Numbered from the stretch's first letter, positions 8,178 through 17,498 are shown. The stretch is 64,000 bases of DNA from an uncultured Candidatus Saccharibacteria bacterium (GCA_964534365.1 CAZHOI010000003.1:4310-68309), one strand, 5' to 3'. The notes: a model not told the origin generated them from the sequence alone. Made by a program: numbers and translations.

Positions 8178-9404
8178 TTAATTTGATAATTCAGACTCAA
8201 TTTCCAATAATCGATCATATTTTGCCTCGCGCTCTGGCTGACCCCAGGCTCCTGCTTTTATACCAAATACAGCAGCACCTACTGCCAGATCGGCAATAAA
8301 ATCATCCATTGTTTCACCACTACGATGACTTACGATAGTTTTAATATTATTTCGATGCGCCAGCTTTATAGTCGCTATAGTTTCGGTGACCGTTCCAATT
8401 TGATTAGGTTTTATAATCAACGCAGACAAGCTTTTTTTATCAATAGCAGTTTGCAGGCGTTTGGAATTCGTTGTAGTCAAATCATCGCCTACAATCATTG
8501 ATCCAGGTAGTTTTTTCCCCAGCAGTGTAAAGGAACTAAAATCAGCTTCATCAAATGGGTCTTCAATGTAGTGCAATTTATACTTATCGAAGAGTTCGGT
8601 ATATAAGTTAACTAAATTAGACACATTCATTACATTGTCAAATACTTGATACCTATTATCGCCCAGATAAAACGAACTTGCAGCTATATCGGCTCCTAAT
8701 ACCACATTGGCTTTGTTGTTGCTAATCTGTTGCAATGAATCATGTAAGAGTTTAAAAGGAGTTGAGATCTGGTCAAAAGGAAACACAAAACCACCTTCAT
8801 CACCTATGGTAAATATAATGTTATTGTCATTTAGATAGTTTCTAATATTATTCTGGACCTGACGACCAATTTGTTGGGATAGTTGTTGGGAATTGCTTTC
8901 TACTACTATTTGATGCTCCTGAAATGGACCAGCGTTATTTGCATGTTTTCCACCGTTGATTAAATTAATAAACAAACGTAAATCGTTTGGTTTGGTCAAA
9001 CTATTATCAGATAATTCGGCAATATATTGATACAGTTTTTTGTCCTGAACCTTTGCTGCCAATCGACAACAAGCACCCGACACCGCAAGTATTGCATTAC
9101 CTCCTAAACGCGATTTGTTATCAGTTCCATCTAGATTGATCATTGTCTCATCAATGTTTGTTTGTTTTACAATATCAACTCCAATCAAGGCATCAGATAT
9201 TTTATGGTTTACCGCCTTGATTGCTGGCGAAACACTACCTGATTCATCACGCAGCTCAACTGCTTCGCTGGCACCAGTGCTGGCACCGCTAGGAACACAA
9301 AAGGCCGCTTGATTGTGATCAGATGATATTGCAGTAACTCTAATAGTAGGTCGGCCGCGAGAATCTTTGATTTCGGTCGCGTGTAATGATTGCAGGGTAG
9401 GCAT
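8178..9404 (-). CDS. eno: Enolase
   Basis: DSRGRPT, VPSGASTG, GDEGGF, VGDDL, KPNQIG, SHRSGET. Confidence 0.95.
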   Translation of the reverse strand: MPTLQSLHATEIKDSRGRPTIRVTAISSDHNQAAFCVPSGASTGASEAVELRDESGSVSPAIKAVNHKISDALIGVDIVKQTNIDETMINLDGTDNKSRLGGNAILAVSGACCRLAAKVQDKKLYQYIAELSDNSLTKPNDLRLFINLINGGKHANNAGPFQEHQIVVESNSQQLSQQIGRQVQNNIRNYLNDNNIIFTIGDEGGFVFPFDQISTPFKLLHDSLQQISNNKANVVLGADIAASSFYLGDNRYQVFDNVMNVSNLVNLYTELFDKYKLHYIEDPFDEADFSSFTLLGKKLPGSMIVGDDLTTTNSKRLQTAIDKKSLSALIIKPNQIGTVTETIATIKLAHRNNIKTIVSHRSGETMDDFIADLAVGAAVFGIKAGAWGQPEREAKYDRLLEIESELSN

Positions 9405-9410
9405 AAGAAT

Positions 9411-10679
9411 TTAATTTGTTAGTAAAACTGCTAAATCAGAGACGTTTGATTCTAGATAGCCAGTGTCAATTAAACTATCAGCTGCTTTTAAACCAGGTAA
9501 ACAGTTAAATCCTTTCAAACATTCATTTGGATCAACGCCTTTATTATATATGTCTTGAATAGTTTTATTATCAACGATCGCACCAGCTGCGTCAGAATTA
9601 TCATGACCGTCAGATGCAAAAGCAACGAAAACTTGATTTTTAGCTATCTGAGCTGAAGCCAACAATGCTAAATAAGAATTTCTGCCACCTGATCCTTTTG
9701 TTTTAGAAGGCACATTTAATGACCATTCGCCACCAACTAATATAACTGATTTTTGATTAGCTTCGGCAATCATTTTCTTAGCAACCTCTGCAGCCTGGTC
9801 ATATGTTTGATTTGTCATAATACTGACATGGTAACCCAAATTTTGAGCGTGTTTTTGCATCGCATCAAGAGCGTAGTGATTAGTGACAACCGCAAAATTA
9901 TTCACTTTTTTAAAGTATTTATGATCTTTTGGTGTCTCGCGCAGCTGATAATCACCTAGATTATATTTATTGACTATTTCTTTTGCGTCTGCAATGGTAC
10001 TATCATCATAAAATGTTGGTCCGGATGCTACTGAGTCTAAATTATCACCTGGAACATCCGAAAATATCAAACCAATAACTGTAGCTGGATAGAGTAATTT
10101 TGCTAAACCGCCACCTTTAAGGGCAGAGAGGTGCTTACGAACGGTATTTAGCTCTTTGATATCACCACCAGTTTTTTTGAAATCATGATAAAGTCTTGTA
10201 TTTTGTTCACACTCATCAATATCTGAACATAACAACGAACTGCCGCCGCCGCCAATTATTGCAATAACCAAATCGCGTTCAGTTGCGGCTTTTGATACAT
10301 TCATAATCTTGCCACCAGCCTCATAATTTATCGGTGATGGCACAGGATGGGTTCCTTTATAAGTTGTAATAACTTGACACACACCATCACTAATACCGAC
10401 AACGGCACCGCCTTTAATTTTATTAGTTAGCATGTTTTCAATTACACTGGCTGCTTCACAGGCTACTTTACCAGTACCAACAACATAAATGTGCTCGTAG
10501 TCTGAAAATCTATATATGGCATTACTAATTTTCAGCTCTGTTTCAGTAACACTAATTTCACGGTGTAGAGATTTTTCGGTATTGATAGCCTCCAGGCCAG
10601 CCTGGACTATTTGCAAAGCATGATTATGATTTTGTGTTTTTGCTAGTTCACTAAAGTTTTTAATTAATTGTTTGGTCAT
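9411..10679 (-). CDS. MOFRL-family glycerate 2-kinase
   Basis: GTGK, HPVP, GGGGSSL, ELNTVRKHLSALKGG, SDVPGD, ASGPT, GGE, GGRN, SDG. Confidence 0.88.
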   Translation of the reverse strand: MTKQLIKNFSELAKTQNHNHALQIVQAGLEAINTEKSLHREISVTETELKISNAIYRFSDYEHIYVVGTGKVACEAASVIENMLTNKIKGGAVVGISDGVCQVITTYKGTHPVPSPINYEAGGKIMNVSKAATERDLVIAIIGGGGSSLLCSDIDECEQNTRLYHDFKKTGGDIKELNTVRKHLSALKGGGLAKLLYPATVIGLIFSDVPGDNLDSVASGPTFYDDSTIADAKEIVNKYNLGDYQLRETPKDHKYFKKVNNFAVVTNHYALDAMQKHAQNLGYHVSIMTNQTYDQAAEVAKKMIAEANQKSVILVGGEWSLNVPSKTKGSGGRNSYLALLASAQIAKNQVFVAFASDGHDNSDAAGAIVDNKTIQDIYNKGVDPNECLKGFNCLPGLKAADSLIDTGYLESNVSDLAVLLTN

Positions 10680-10680
10680 G

Positions 10681-11688
10681 TTATTTTACAAGATTAATAA
10701 TTTCTCCTTTAATGTATGACTCAATATTTTTGACAGTTGTTTGAACAATACGCTCTTTTGCTTCAATGGTATTGAATGCGATATGTGGTGTTAAGATTAC
10801 ATTTTCCATATCTAACAATGCATGTGTCATCGCCAGATCATAAAAAACATTGATATCATTTTGTTTATCCGTTAACAATAATGCTTCGTCGTAGATAAAA
10901 TCTTCGCCCTCGATAACATCCAGTGCCGCGCCTGCTAATGTACCTGATTGCAACACCGCTAATAGTGCCGCAGTATCAATCAATTCACCTCGTGCGGTAT
11001 TAATCAAGTACGCACCGGTTTTGACATTACTCAGATTACTCTTGTTTAGCAGATGGTGCGTAGTGTCATTATGTGGCGCGTGCAAACTGATAATGTCAGA
11101 TTTCTCTAACAACTCATCCAAAGCTGTATATTCGATCTTGTTTGCAGTTGCAAACTGTACGTTGGGATAAGGATCAAAGGCGATAACATGCATCCCAAAG
11201 CCATTTGCAATTTTGCACACATGCTGTCCGATTCTTCCTGTACCGATAATACCAATAGTTTTGCTATATAGATCAAAACCTTCGTAACTCGCCATGTTAG
11301 TTTTGCCGCTGGTGCGCAAGTGATCATAAGCGCGATAACTGCCCCTGGACAGTGCTAATAACAATGCAAATGTATATTCAGCTACTGTCCTGGACCCATA
11401 TTCTGGAACGTTTACTACCGTAACATTATTTTGTTCTGCAGCTTCAGCGTTGATATGATCGTATCCTGTCGATCGTGTGGCAATTAACTTTAAGTTTTGC
11501 AAGTCACGGATTAATTCATTTGATACCGGATTATTAACAAAGACCGATAAAATATTGGTATCCTCGGGAACCAATAGTTTTCCACTCGGGTCTATAGTTG
11601 TACTAGAAAAACTAACTGAATATTTTTCAAAATGTTCCTGCCAACTAGATTGTTCATGTTCTGAAATGCCGCAAATATGTAATTTCAT
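10681..11688 (-). CDS. D-isomer-specific 2-hydroxyacid dehydrogenase (D-lactate/glycerate dehydrogenase-like)
   Basis: RSTGYDH, GIIGTGRIG, INTARG, LDV, TPHIAF. Confidence 0.9.
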   Translation of the reverse strand: MKLHICGISEHEQSSWQEHFEKYSVSFSSTTIDPSGKLLVPEDTNILSVFVNNPVSNELIRDLQNLKLIATRSTGYDHINAEAAEQNNVTVVNVPEYGSRTVAEYTFALLLALSRGSYRAYDHLRTSGKTNMASYEGFDLYSKTIGIIGTGRIGQHVCKIANGFGMHVIAFDPYPNVQFATANKIEYTALDELLEKSDIISLHAPHNDTTHHLLNKSNLSNVKTGAYLINTARGELIDTAALLAVLQSGTLAGAALDVIEGEDFIYDEALLLTDKQNDINVFYDLAMTHALLDMENVILTPHIAFNTIEAKERIVQTTVKNIESYIKGEIINLVK

Positions 11689-11742
11689 ATAATAATTATA
11701 TCGTAGTCATATATTTCTATAAATTTTGCTACCATATAAGTT

Positions 11743-13155
11743 ATGAACAAACTTACAAAGATTGTGGCAACAATTGGGCCCGCTAGTAACTCTGAAGAAA
11801 CAATACGCGAGCTCATTAAAACCGGTGTTAATACATTTCGACTGAATTTTTCACACGGTGATCACGACTGGCACCGCAACCTTAGCAACACCATTCGAAA
11901 AGTTGCCACTGAATTTGATCAAGGTATTTCTATTCTGCAGGATCTCGCGGGACCTAAATTACGAACTGGTAAATTTGATAAAACATTAACTACCTTAACC
12001 GCCGGTGATACCTTGGAATTAACTAGCGAAGATATCATTGGTGACGAATCAAAAGTTGGTGTCAACTATCCTGAACTAATCCAACAAGTCTCGATTGGTC
12101 AAATACTGCGCTTGGACGATGGCAAGCTTAGTCTGGAAGTAGTCGAGAAAAGACCTAGCTCGGTGATTACTAAAATTATCGAAGGCGGGGAAGTCAGATC
12201 AAGGCGGGGAATAAATGTACCTGGTTTGGCTTTGGACATTAATGTATTTACCGATAAAGACCAGTGTGATCTGGAATATTGGCCTACAGATAATCCAGAT
12301 TGGATATCATTATCTTTTGTTCAATCTTCCGATGACATTCTAAATTTAAAAAATCACTTACAAAACAAAGGTTCAAACAGCAACGTTATGGCAAAAATTG
12401 AAACTTCAGCAGCGGTTGAAAATATCGACTCTATTATCGAAGCCAGTGACGGGATTATGGTAGCCCGAGGGGACCTGGCTGCTGAAACCCCAATCGAAGA
12501 AGTTCCTGTTTTGCAAAACCGTATTATCAATCTGGCGAGACAAGCAAACAAGCCTGTTATAGTAGCAACTCAGATGATGGATTCAATGATCCATAACCCA
12601 TTACCTACGAGAGCCGAAGTAACTGATGTCTCAACCGCTATTCTTGACGGTGCCGATGCAATTATGTTGTCAGCTGAAACTGCCACTGGTGATCATCCTG
12701 TTAAAGTGGTAAATATGATGGCAAAAATTGCTGAAGTCACTGAATCTTCAAATTTATTCAAAAATCGTTTGCTTCACAACCTATCATCGCATTCCAAGGC
12801 TGGTTCGGCCGCGGCCAGTATTACCGCTTTTGCTAAAGCTCAAAACGCCAAAGCTATTGTGGTTATAACGCAATCTGGCGCTATGGCACGCGCAGTGTCT
12901 CGATTGCGTCCTGGATTACCTATAATTGCAATCACTATTGATATTACTATTGGTAGACAGCTGGCAATGTATCATGGTGTTTGGTCGCGACACACAACAG
13001 ATTTACCAGATACTGATTCTGAATTACGTAGTTGGTTACCGGATTATTTAGTTAAACACTCTTATCTTAATCGCGGTGATACTATTTTGGCATCATTTGG
13101 TCAACAAATTCACAAATCAGGCAGCACTGACACAATTACTTTAATCACAATCTAG
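11743..13155 (+). CDS. pyk: Pyruvate kinase
   Basis: TKIVATIGPAS, RLNFSHG, AKIE, MVARGDL, ATQMM, PTRAE, MLSAETA. Confidence 0.97.
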   Translation: MNKLTKIVATIGPASNSEETIRELIKTGVNTFRLNFSHGDHDWHRNLSNTIRKVATEFDQGISILQDLAGPKLRTGKFDKTLTTLTAGDTLELTSEDIIGDESKVGVNYPELIQQVSIGQILRLDDGKLSLEVVEKRPSSVITKIIEGGEVRSRRGINVPGLALDINVFTDKDQCDLEYWPTDNPDWISLSFVQSSDDILNLKNHLQNKGSNSNVMAKIETSAAVENIDSIIEASDGIMVARGDLAAETPIEEVPVLQNRIINLARQANKPVIVATQMMDSMIHNPLPTRAEVTDVSTAILDGADAIMLSAETATGDHPVKVVNMMAKIAEVTESSNLFKNRLLHNLSSHSKAGSAAASITAFAKAQNAKAIVVITQSGAMARAVSRLRPGLPIIAITIDITIGRQLAMYHGVWSRHTTDLPDTDSELRSWLPDYLVKHSYLNRGDTILASFGQQIHKSGSTDTITLITI

Positions 13156-13251
13156 TAGCTAGCTCAGTGGCAAGATTTATAAATTTGCTTATAATGCCAC
13201 TAGCTTATTCGGTTCTGTTATTAATTATCAGTTACCGTTGTAAGTCAACCT

Positions 13252-13273
13252 TATCGGTTCGTCTAATGGTAGG
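13252..13273 (+). repeat. Copy of the 5' end of tRNA-Gln(TTG)
   Basis: TATCGGTTCGTCTAATGGTAGG vs 13417-13438, 21/22 identical. Confidence 0.85.
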
Positions 13274-13416
13274 CTCAATGAAGCATCATATTATGAAATA
13301 ATATGAATTGATGAATTAGTGCAAGCGAGCCAATAAATTTATTTAGGCGAGTCGCAGTCCGCGACAGACTCTAAACTAATAAATAAATCTCTATTATTAT
13401 AGAATTCTAGAAACAG

Positions 13417-13490
13417 TACCGGTTCGTCTAATGGTAGGACACTTGGTTTTGGTCCAAGGAATCGGGGTTCGAGTCCCTGACCGGTAGCCA
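13417..13490 (+). tRNA. tRNA-Gln(TTG)
   Basis: Acceptor TACCGGT/ACCGGTA, anticodon arm CTTGG-TTTTGGT-CCAAG, encoded CCA. Confidence 0.97.
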
Positions 13491-13499
13491 CTTTTTTAT

Positions 13500-14045
13500 A
13501 GAAACCCACGGGTAAACCCGTGGTCCTTCTCTTTCACAGCAACACTTGTTGCTGTCCTGAATCCTGGTGTCCTTGGTGCTCTACATAGTGCTTGATAATT
13601 TCTTCGTCAGCTCCAATAGTTGAAGAGAAGTATCCTGGTGACCAGACAATGTTTTCTTTCCAATAAACTTTGGCGAGCCAAGTAAACTTTTTACGCAGAC
13701 TCGAGGCTGATTGGCTTTTAAGTTGTGCCACTACAGATGATACTGAGTACTTGGGTGGTATTAGTAATACCATATGTAAGTGATCTTGATCGAAGCCAAT
13801 CGACCCTCGAACAACACCAGGCATCTTCTTTTCGAGTGAGTTAAGGACTTTAGTGAGATAGCTAGCAACACCAGGCTTCAGGATCTTCCTGCGATATTTA
13901 GTTACCCAAACTATGTGGTATTTGTGATAGTAAGTGCTATGAGCGGTACTGTAGTATTTCATTCTGTACCCCAGCATATCGCATACAGATCCTCATTCAT
14001 CCACGGCTAAAGCCGTGGTGTTCTGTCCCCAAGGGGGCGGGATAA
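13500..14045 (-). mobile_element. IS200/IS605-family element (tnpA only); ends approximate
   Basis: Subterminal hairpins CCACGGG-TAAA-CCCGTGG (13506-13523) and CCACGGC-TAAA-GCCGTGG (14001-14018) flank tnpA. Confidence 0.85.
13534..13977 (-). CDS. tnpA: IS200-family Y1 (HUH) transposase
   Basis: YHIVWVTKYR, DHLH (HUH), WSPGYF, YVEHQ (catalytic Tyr). Confidence 0.95.
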   Translation of the reverse strand: MLGYRMKYYSTAHSTYYHKYHIVWVTKYRRKILKPGVASYLTKVLNSLEKKMPGVVRGSIGFDQDHLHMVLLIPPKYSVSSVVAQLKSQSASSLRKKFTWLAKVYWKENIVWSPGYFSSTIGADEEIIKHYVEHQGHQDSGQQQVLL

Positions 14046-14063
14046 AAAAACTTAACCCCCGCA

Positions 14064-14396
14064 CTAGCGAAAGGCTAAGTTAGGGGTTTCGGGTGAAAGA
14101 AGAGCTTTTAAGCGTTGGGTTAGTGTGAACGGCTTTGGTGAGCGAAGACCAGCTTGAGTAATGCGATACCTCTGTTGAGGTAATTCAATATTCTCACCTC
14201 GGTAATGTATTGTTTGTATAATTTCTTCAGACTCTATAAGGTTTTGATCTTCTAGCTGATCAAGCCAAACATAAACAGTACCTGACTTGAGGCATCCGTT
14301 TGAACGCTCTATGATCTCGCGACCAAGTAACCATCTTGGATTAACATCAGCCAAGATATCAAGGGCACACTGACGACTCTTTTTTCCAAAGAACAT
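14064..14396 (-). CDS. PadR-like winged-helix protein
   Basis: GREII, SGTVYVWLDQLEDQNLI, YRITQAG. Confidence 0.75.
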   Translation of the reverse strand: MFFGKKSRQCALDILADVNPRWLLGREIIERSNGCLKSGTVYVWLDQLEDQNLIESEEIIQTIHYRGENIELPQQRYRITQAGLRSPKPFTLTQRLKALLSPETPNLAFR

Positions 14397-14480
14397 GGGA
14401 ATGGGGAGGGAGGTGAGGAGAGACCTATAAAAATAATAGTACTATAAATACTTTATTTGTAAACATTTGAATTGATTGAA

Positions 14481-14510
14481 AAAGTTTTAACTTGGCATCA
14501 GATCAGTAGA
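14481..14510 (+). repeat. Degenerate att-like site downstream of tRNA-Gln(TTG)
   Basis: AAAGTTTTAACTTGGCATCAGATCAGTAGA is 21/30 identical to R2 without gaps. Confidence 0.6.
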
Positions 14511-14675
14511 TATAAAACTTTTAGTACAGTTGAATCGTAGTCATTATTGGATTACTTTTATACGGTTACGGATGAACTATATAATTTAATAGAAATAAAA
14601 AAATCGAGCCATATAAAGCTCGAATTTAGTTACTGCTACTTTATGAATAATAGCTTTTATCAGTTTAAAACTAGA

Positions 14676-15071
14676 TTAAACTACCGGTTCGGTTGTTGCC
14701 TCGACATGTTCGTAATCATGTTTAGGCATCAGAGAATAACCAATATAAGCAAATACCATTGTAAACAATACGTGTAGCCAATTATCAGCAGTATTTAGTC
14801 CCATCAACCCAAATAGGGTACCAGTGGTAAATCCTAGCAAGGTTACCAGGGCATATACTCCAGCAAATGCATAAGCAAAGGTTGCAGCGGCCTTGTCAGA
14901 TTGTTTCGCAAAATAAATAGCCAGAACACCAGACAAAATATGAACAATATTGTGCACAGCGTTAACCATAAACAGTCCTAGTAAAAACCCATCCGGGGTT
15001 AGGGCAGGGATGAATCCTAAAATTCCAATCAGAATAAATACATACCCAAAAATTTCTAATAATTTTTTCAT
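14676..15071 (-). CDS. DUF4383-like membrane protein
   Basis: GILGFIP, LLGLF.VN..HNIVH, N.ADNWLH. Confidence 0.75.
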   Translation of the reverse strand: MKKLLEIFGYVFILIGILGFIPALTPDGFLLGLFMVNAVHNIVHILSGVLAIYFAKQSDKAAATFAYAFAGVYALVTLLGFTTGTLFGLMGLNTADNWLHVLFTMVFAYIGYSLMPKHDYEHVEATTEPVV

Positions 15072-15221
15072 AAGGTTAATTTTAATTGTTATAAAATAAT
15101 TTTACTATACTAATTACAAATTGTACAAACTGTTGATTGCCATGGTTGATGCACACCCGCATTTTTAGCTAACGATCAGTGCGATGAGTCTAATTAGAAA
15201 TTTTTGCACAACTCGTCAAGC

Positions 15222-15425
15222 TTATATAATTCCAAAAGTTAGGTAGGTTATATACAAGGCTAAAACTAGGTATAGTGAAGCCCATCCTTTAGTTAATGGT
15301 AGATATCGCTTTATAAATGATAACTTCTCAATACTGTCATCACCTAGTTTGGTAAATGCAAATAATACCGCTCCTAAACTGTCTAGCACTAGTAATATAG
15401 CAATTATTTCATATATCATATTCAT
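15222..15425 (-). CDS. Small membrane protein
   Basis: 67 aa with two hydrophobic segments; TACAAT just upstream of the start. Confidence 0.55.
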   Translation of the reverse strand: MNMIYEIIAILLVLDSLGAVLFAFTKLGDDSIEKLSFIKRYLPLTKGWASLYLVLALYITYLTFGII

Positions 15426-15581
15426 ATTGTATCATCTTTCAAATTAGTAATTATTACAATAACTATAATTTTGCTAATATTAATAATTAATAATGGTCTA
15501 ATAGTATGAGACAAACAAGTATCGGCATTTATAATAGTCTGTATGCTGATTAATGGTTTTATCTGTTAGAATTTAATAATT

Positions 15582-16310
15582 ATGAATAGATATTTTATTA
15601 CTTCTATACTGGTTGTATTAGGTGCAGCAATCACATTTGGCATAACATTTTTTTATCAAAAACATAAAACAAATACACCTGATGCTGGCACTGCCCAAAA
15701 CAATGACTTGGATGCAAACCAATCTAATATTGATTTTAATACAAACAATACCGAAGAAGTACCACTTTTAACAAATGAAACTAGTGAAGCAGTTTTTGAT
15801 GATCAAGATTATATTAGAAGTTTCGCTGATCTAGGAGGTTCTATTGATTGCAGCTTATTACCATCTTTGATCGAATCAAATTACATATTTAGTCAGCACA
15901 CCAAAGACATTTGCCAAAATAATCGATATCAACCAATTTTTAATTTTCCTGAAGCAACTTCTGAATATCAAAAGTACTTTGATAGTTCGTATGAGATAAT
16001 TTTAGCTGAATTAGATTATGCTCTAAACAAAAAATATCAAGAAGTAATGAACTTTTTAAATAACAATAATGAGGTTGATACTAGAGATTATCAACAAATC
16101 AAAAATGATTTAATTTCATCACAAAGACTTTGGGTTACTTATCATAAAAAAGATTGTGAATTAATTGAGCGAACTAAACCGCCTTATTACAATAGTAAAA
16201 TAAACGTTACTACCTATACGAAACAAAAATGCTTGCAAGATAGTTTCTATTTCCGGACCTTTTATTTAGAAGACTTGTTAAAAAATCTGCAACAGTATGC
16301 AGTAGGTTAG
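15582..16310 (+). CDS. Membrane-anchored protein with LprI/DUF1311-like domain
   Basis: N-terminal TM; LD.ALN.KYQ...L..SQR.W..Y..KDC...C pattern. Confidence 0.6.
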   Translation: MNRYFITSILVVLGAAITFGITFFYQKHKTNTPDAGTAQNNDLDANQSNIDFNTNNTEEVPLLTNETSEAVFDDQDYIRSFADLGGSIDCSLLPSLIESNYIFSQHTKDICQNNRYQPIFNFPEATSEYQKYFDSSYEIILAELDYALNKKYQEVMNFLNNNNEVDTRDYQQIKNDLISSQRLWVTYHKKDCELIERTKPPYYNSKINVTTYTKQKCLQDSFYFRTFYLEDLLKNLQQYAVG

Positions 16311-16398
16311 TCATTTCTTATGATCAACGAACTCATGCTGCTATAGAATTAATATATAAGCTTTATCAAAATCTAAGATAGCTTATAATTAAAAGTTA

Positions 16399-17031
16399 AT
16401 GCAGGACAAGTTCAGGCTCATAAAAACTAACCAAACCTCATTAATAATAAAAGCCGTAGTTTTAGCGACAATTATTGTTGTAATAATTACCATATCAATT
16501 TTTTGGACTAGCAAAATTGACCAACGAAATGATCTGGAGGCCGATTTAGAAACCGAAGCAGAAATAATTAAAGAGAATAATTTGATTATTCCGACCACTG
16601 TGAAAATTGATAAATTGAATTTGGAAGCTACTGTTGGATTACTGGGCCTGGACGAGGATACCGGCGAGCTGCAGGTTCCAGCCGGTTATGACGAAGTTGG
16701 CTGGTATATTTATTCACCAACACCTGGTGAACCAGGTCCTGCCGTTATTTTAGGTCATGTTGATTCATATACCGGTCCCGCCATCTTTTATTCGTTAGGA
16801 CAGCTGGAAAATGGCGATCAAATTGCCGTACAAAATAATATAGGAGAAACCCATATGTTCGAAGTTTACAAACAAACCTATTATGACCAAGACAATTTTG
16901 CGACTGATGAAGTTTATGGCAATACCAGCGGTCCAGAACTGCGTTTAATAACCTGTTCGGGTGAATATGACCGCGAGGCAAAAAGGTATACCGAAAACTT
17001 AGTAATTTATGCCAAAGCAATTTCTGCATAA
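16399..17031 (+). CDS. Class F sortase
   Basis: N-terminal TM; VGWY..SPTPGE.GPAVILGHVD; LRLITC. Confidence 0.88.
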   Translation: MQDKFRLIKTNQTSLIIKAVVLATIIVVIITISIFWTSKIDQRNDLEADLETEAEIIKENNLIIPTTVKIDKLNLEATVGLLGLDEDTGELQVPAGYDEVGWYIYSPTPGEPGPAVILGHVDSYTGPAIFYSLGQLENGDQIAVQNNIGETHMFEVYKQTYYDQDNFATDEVYGNTSGPELRLITCSGEYDREAKRYTENLVIYAKAISA

Positions 17032-17044
17032 ATTTATATTGGCG

Positions 17045-17337
17045 CCCGGGCACCACACCAACTTATTCTAACAAGTTACTTATTCGTTTTCGTAGCTGCG
17101 AATAGGCTCGACTTTTTAATTTAAGATTTTGTTCTCGCTTACCCGCATCATCCTCGGCCTTATATGACTCATAGTAGATTAACTCGAGGGGTCTTCGAAG
17201 TTTAGTTGATTTAACTTGTCCAGTAAGGTGTTCATTTAATCGTCGCTTAAGATTATTAGTAGATCCAATATAAGAATTTCCATCCTTAATGCTCTTCAAT
17301 ATGCAAACATAAAACATAAGTTGGTGTGGTGCCCGGG
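17045..17337 (-). mobile_element. Putative GIY-YIG mini-element with 22-bp perfect terminal inverted repeats
   Basis: CCCGGGCACCACACCAACTTAT (17045-17066) and its exact reverse complement (17316-17337); the latter overlaps the tRNA-Leu 3' end. Confidence 0.65.
17063..17317 (-). CDS. Small GIY-YIG nuclease family protein (84 aa)
   Basis: FYVCIL...YIGSTNNLKRRLNEH...RPLELIYYE...KREQNLK; start moved to ATG 17317 because the longer ORF runs through the tRNA. Confidence 0.88.
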   Translation of the reverse strand: MFYVCILKSIKDGNSYIGSTNNLKRRLNEHLTGQVKSTKLRRPLELIYYESYKAEDDAGKREQNLKLKSRAYSQLRKRISNLLE

Positions 17338-17412
17338 GAGGGACTCGAACCCTCACGCCAATATGGCCGGGGATTTTAAGTCCCCTATGTCTACCGATTC
17401 CATCACCCGGGC
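17327..17412 (-). tRNA. tRNA-Leu(TAA)
   Basis: GCCCGGG acceptor, GGGGA-CTTAAAA-TCCCC, long variable arm, CCA encoded. Confidence 0.96.
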
Positions 17413-17498
17413 TTGAATGACAAGTGATGACAGTTTAAAAGAAATAGGATTATTTTGCCAGTTGAAGTAATGCTAGTAACAGACTAAACTATCAACAC

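Noticed and set aside
13252-13490. Intron-containing or split tRNA-Gln
   Set aside because: The downstream tRNA is complete on its own and no separate 3' half exists for the upstream fragment
17318-17356. Upstream start of the GIY-YIG ORF (likewise 33649-33753 for the methyltransferase)
   Set aside because: These extensions run through tRNA genes; ATGs just after the tRNAs are the plausible starts
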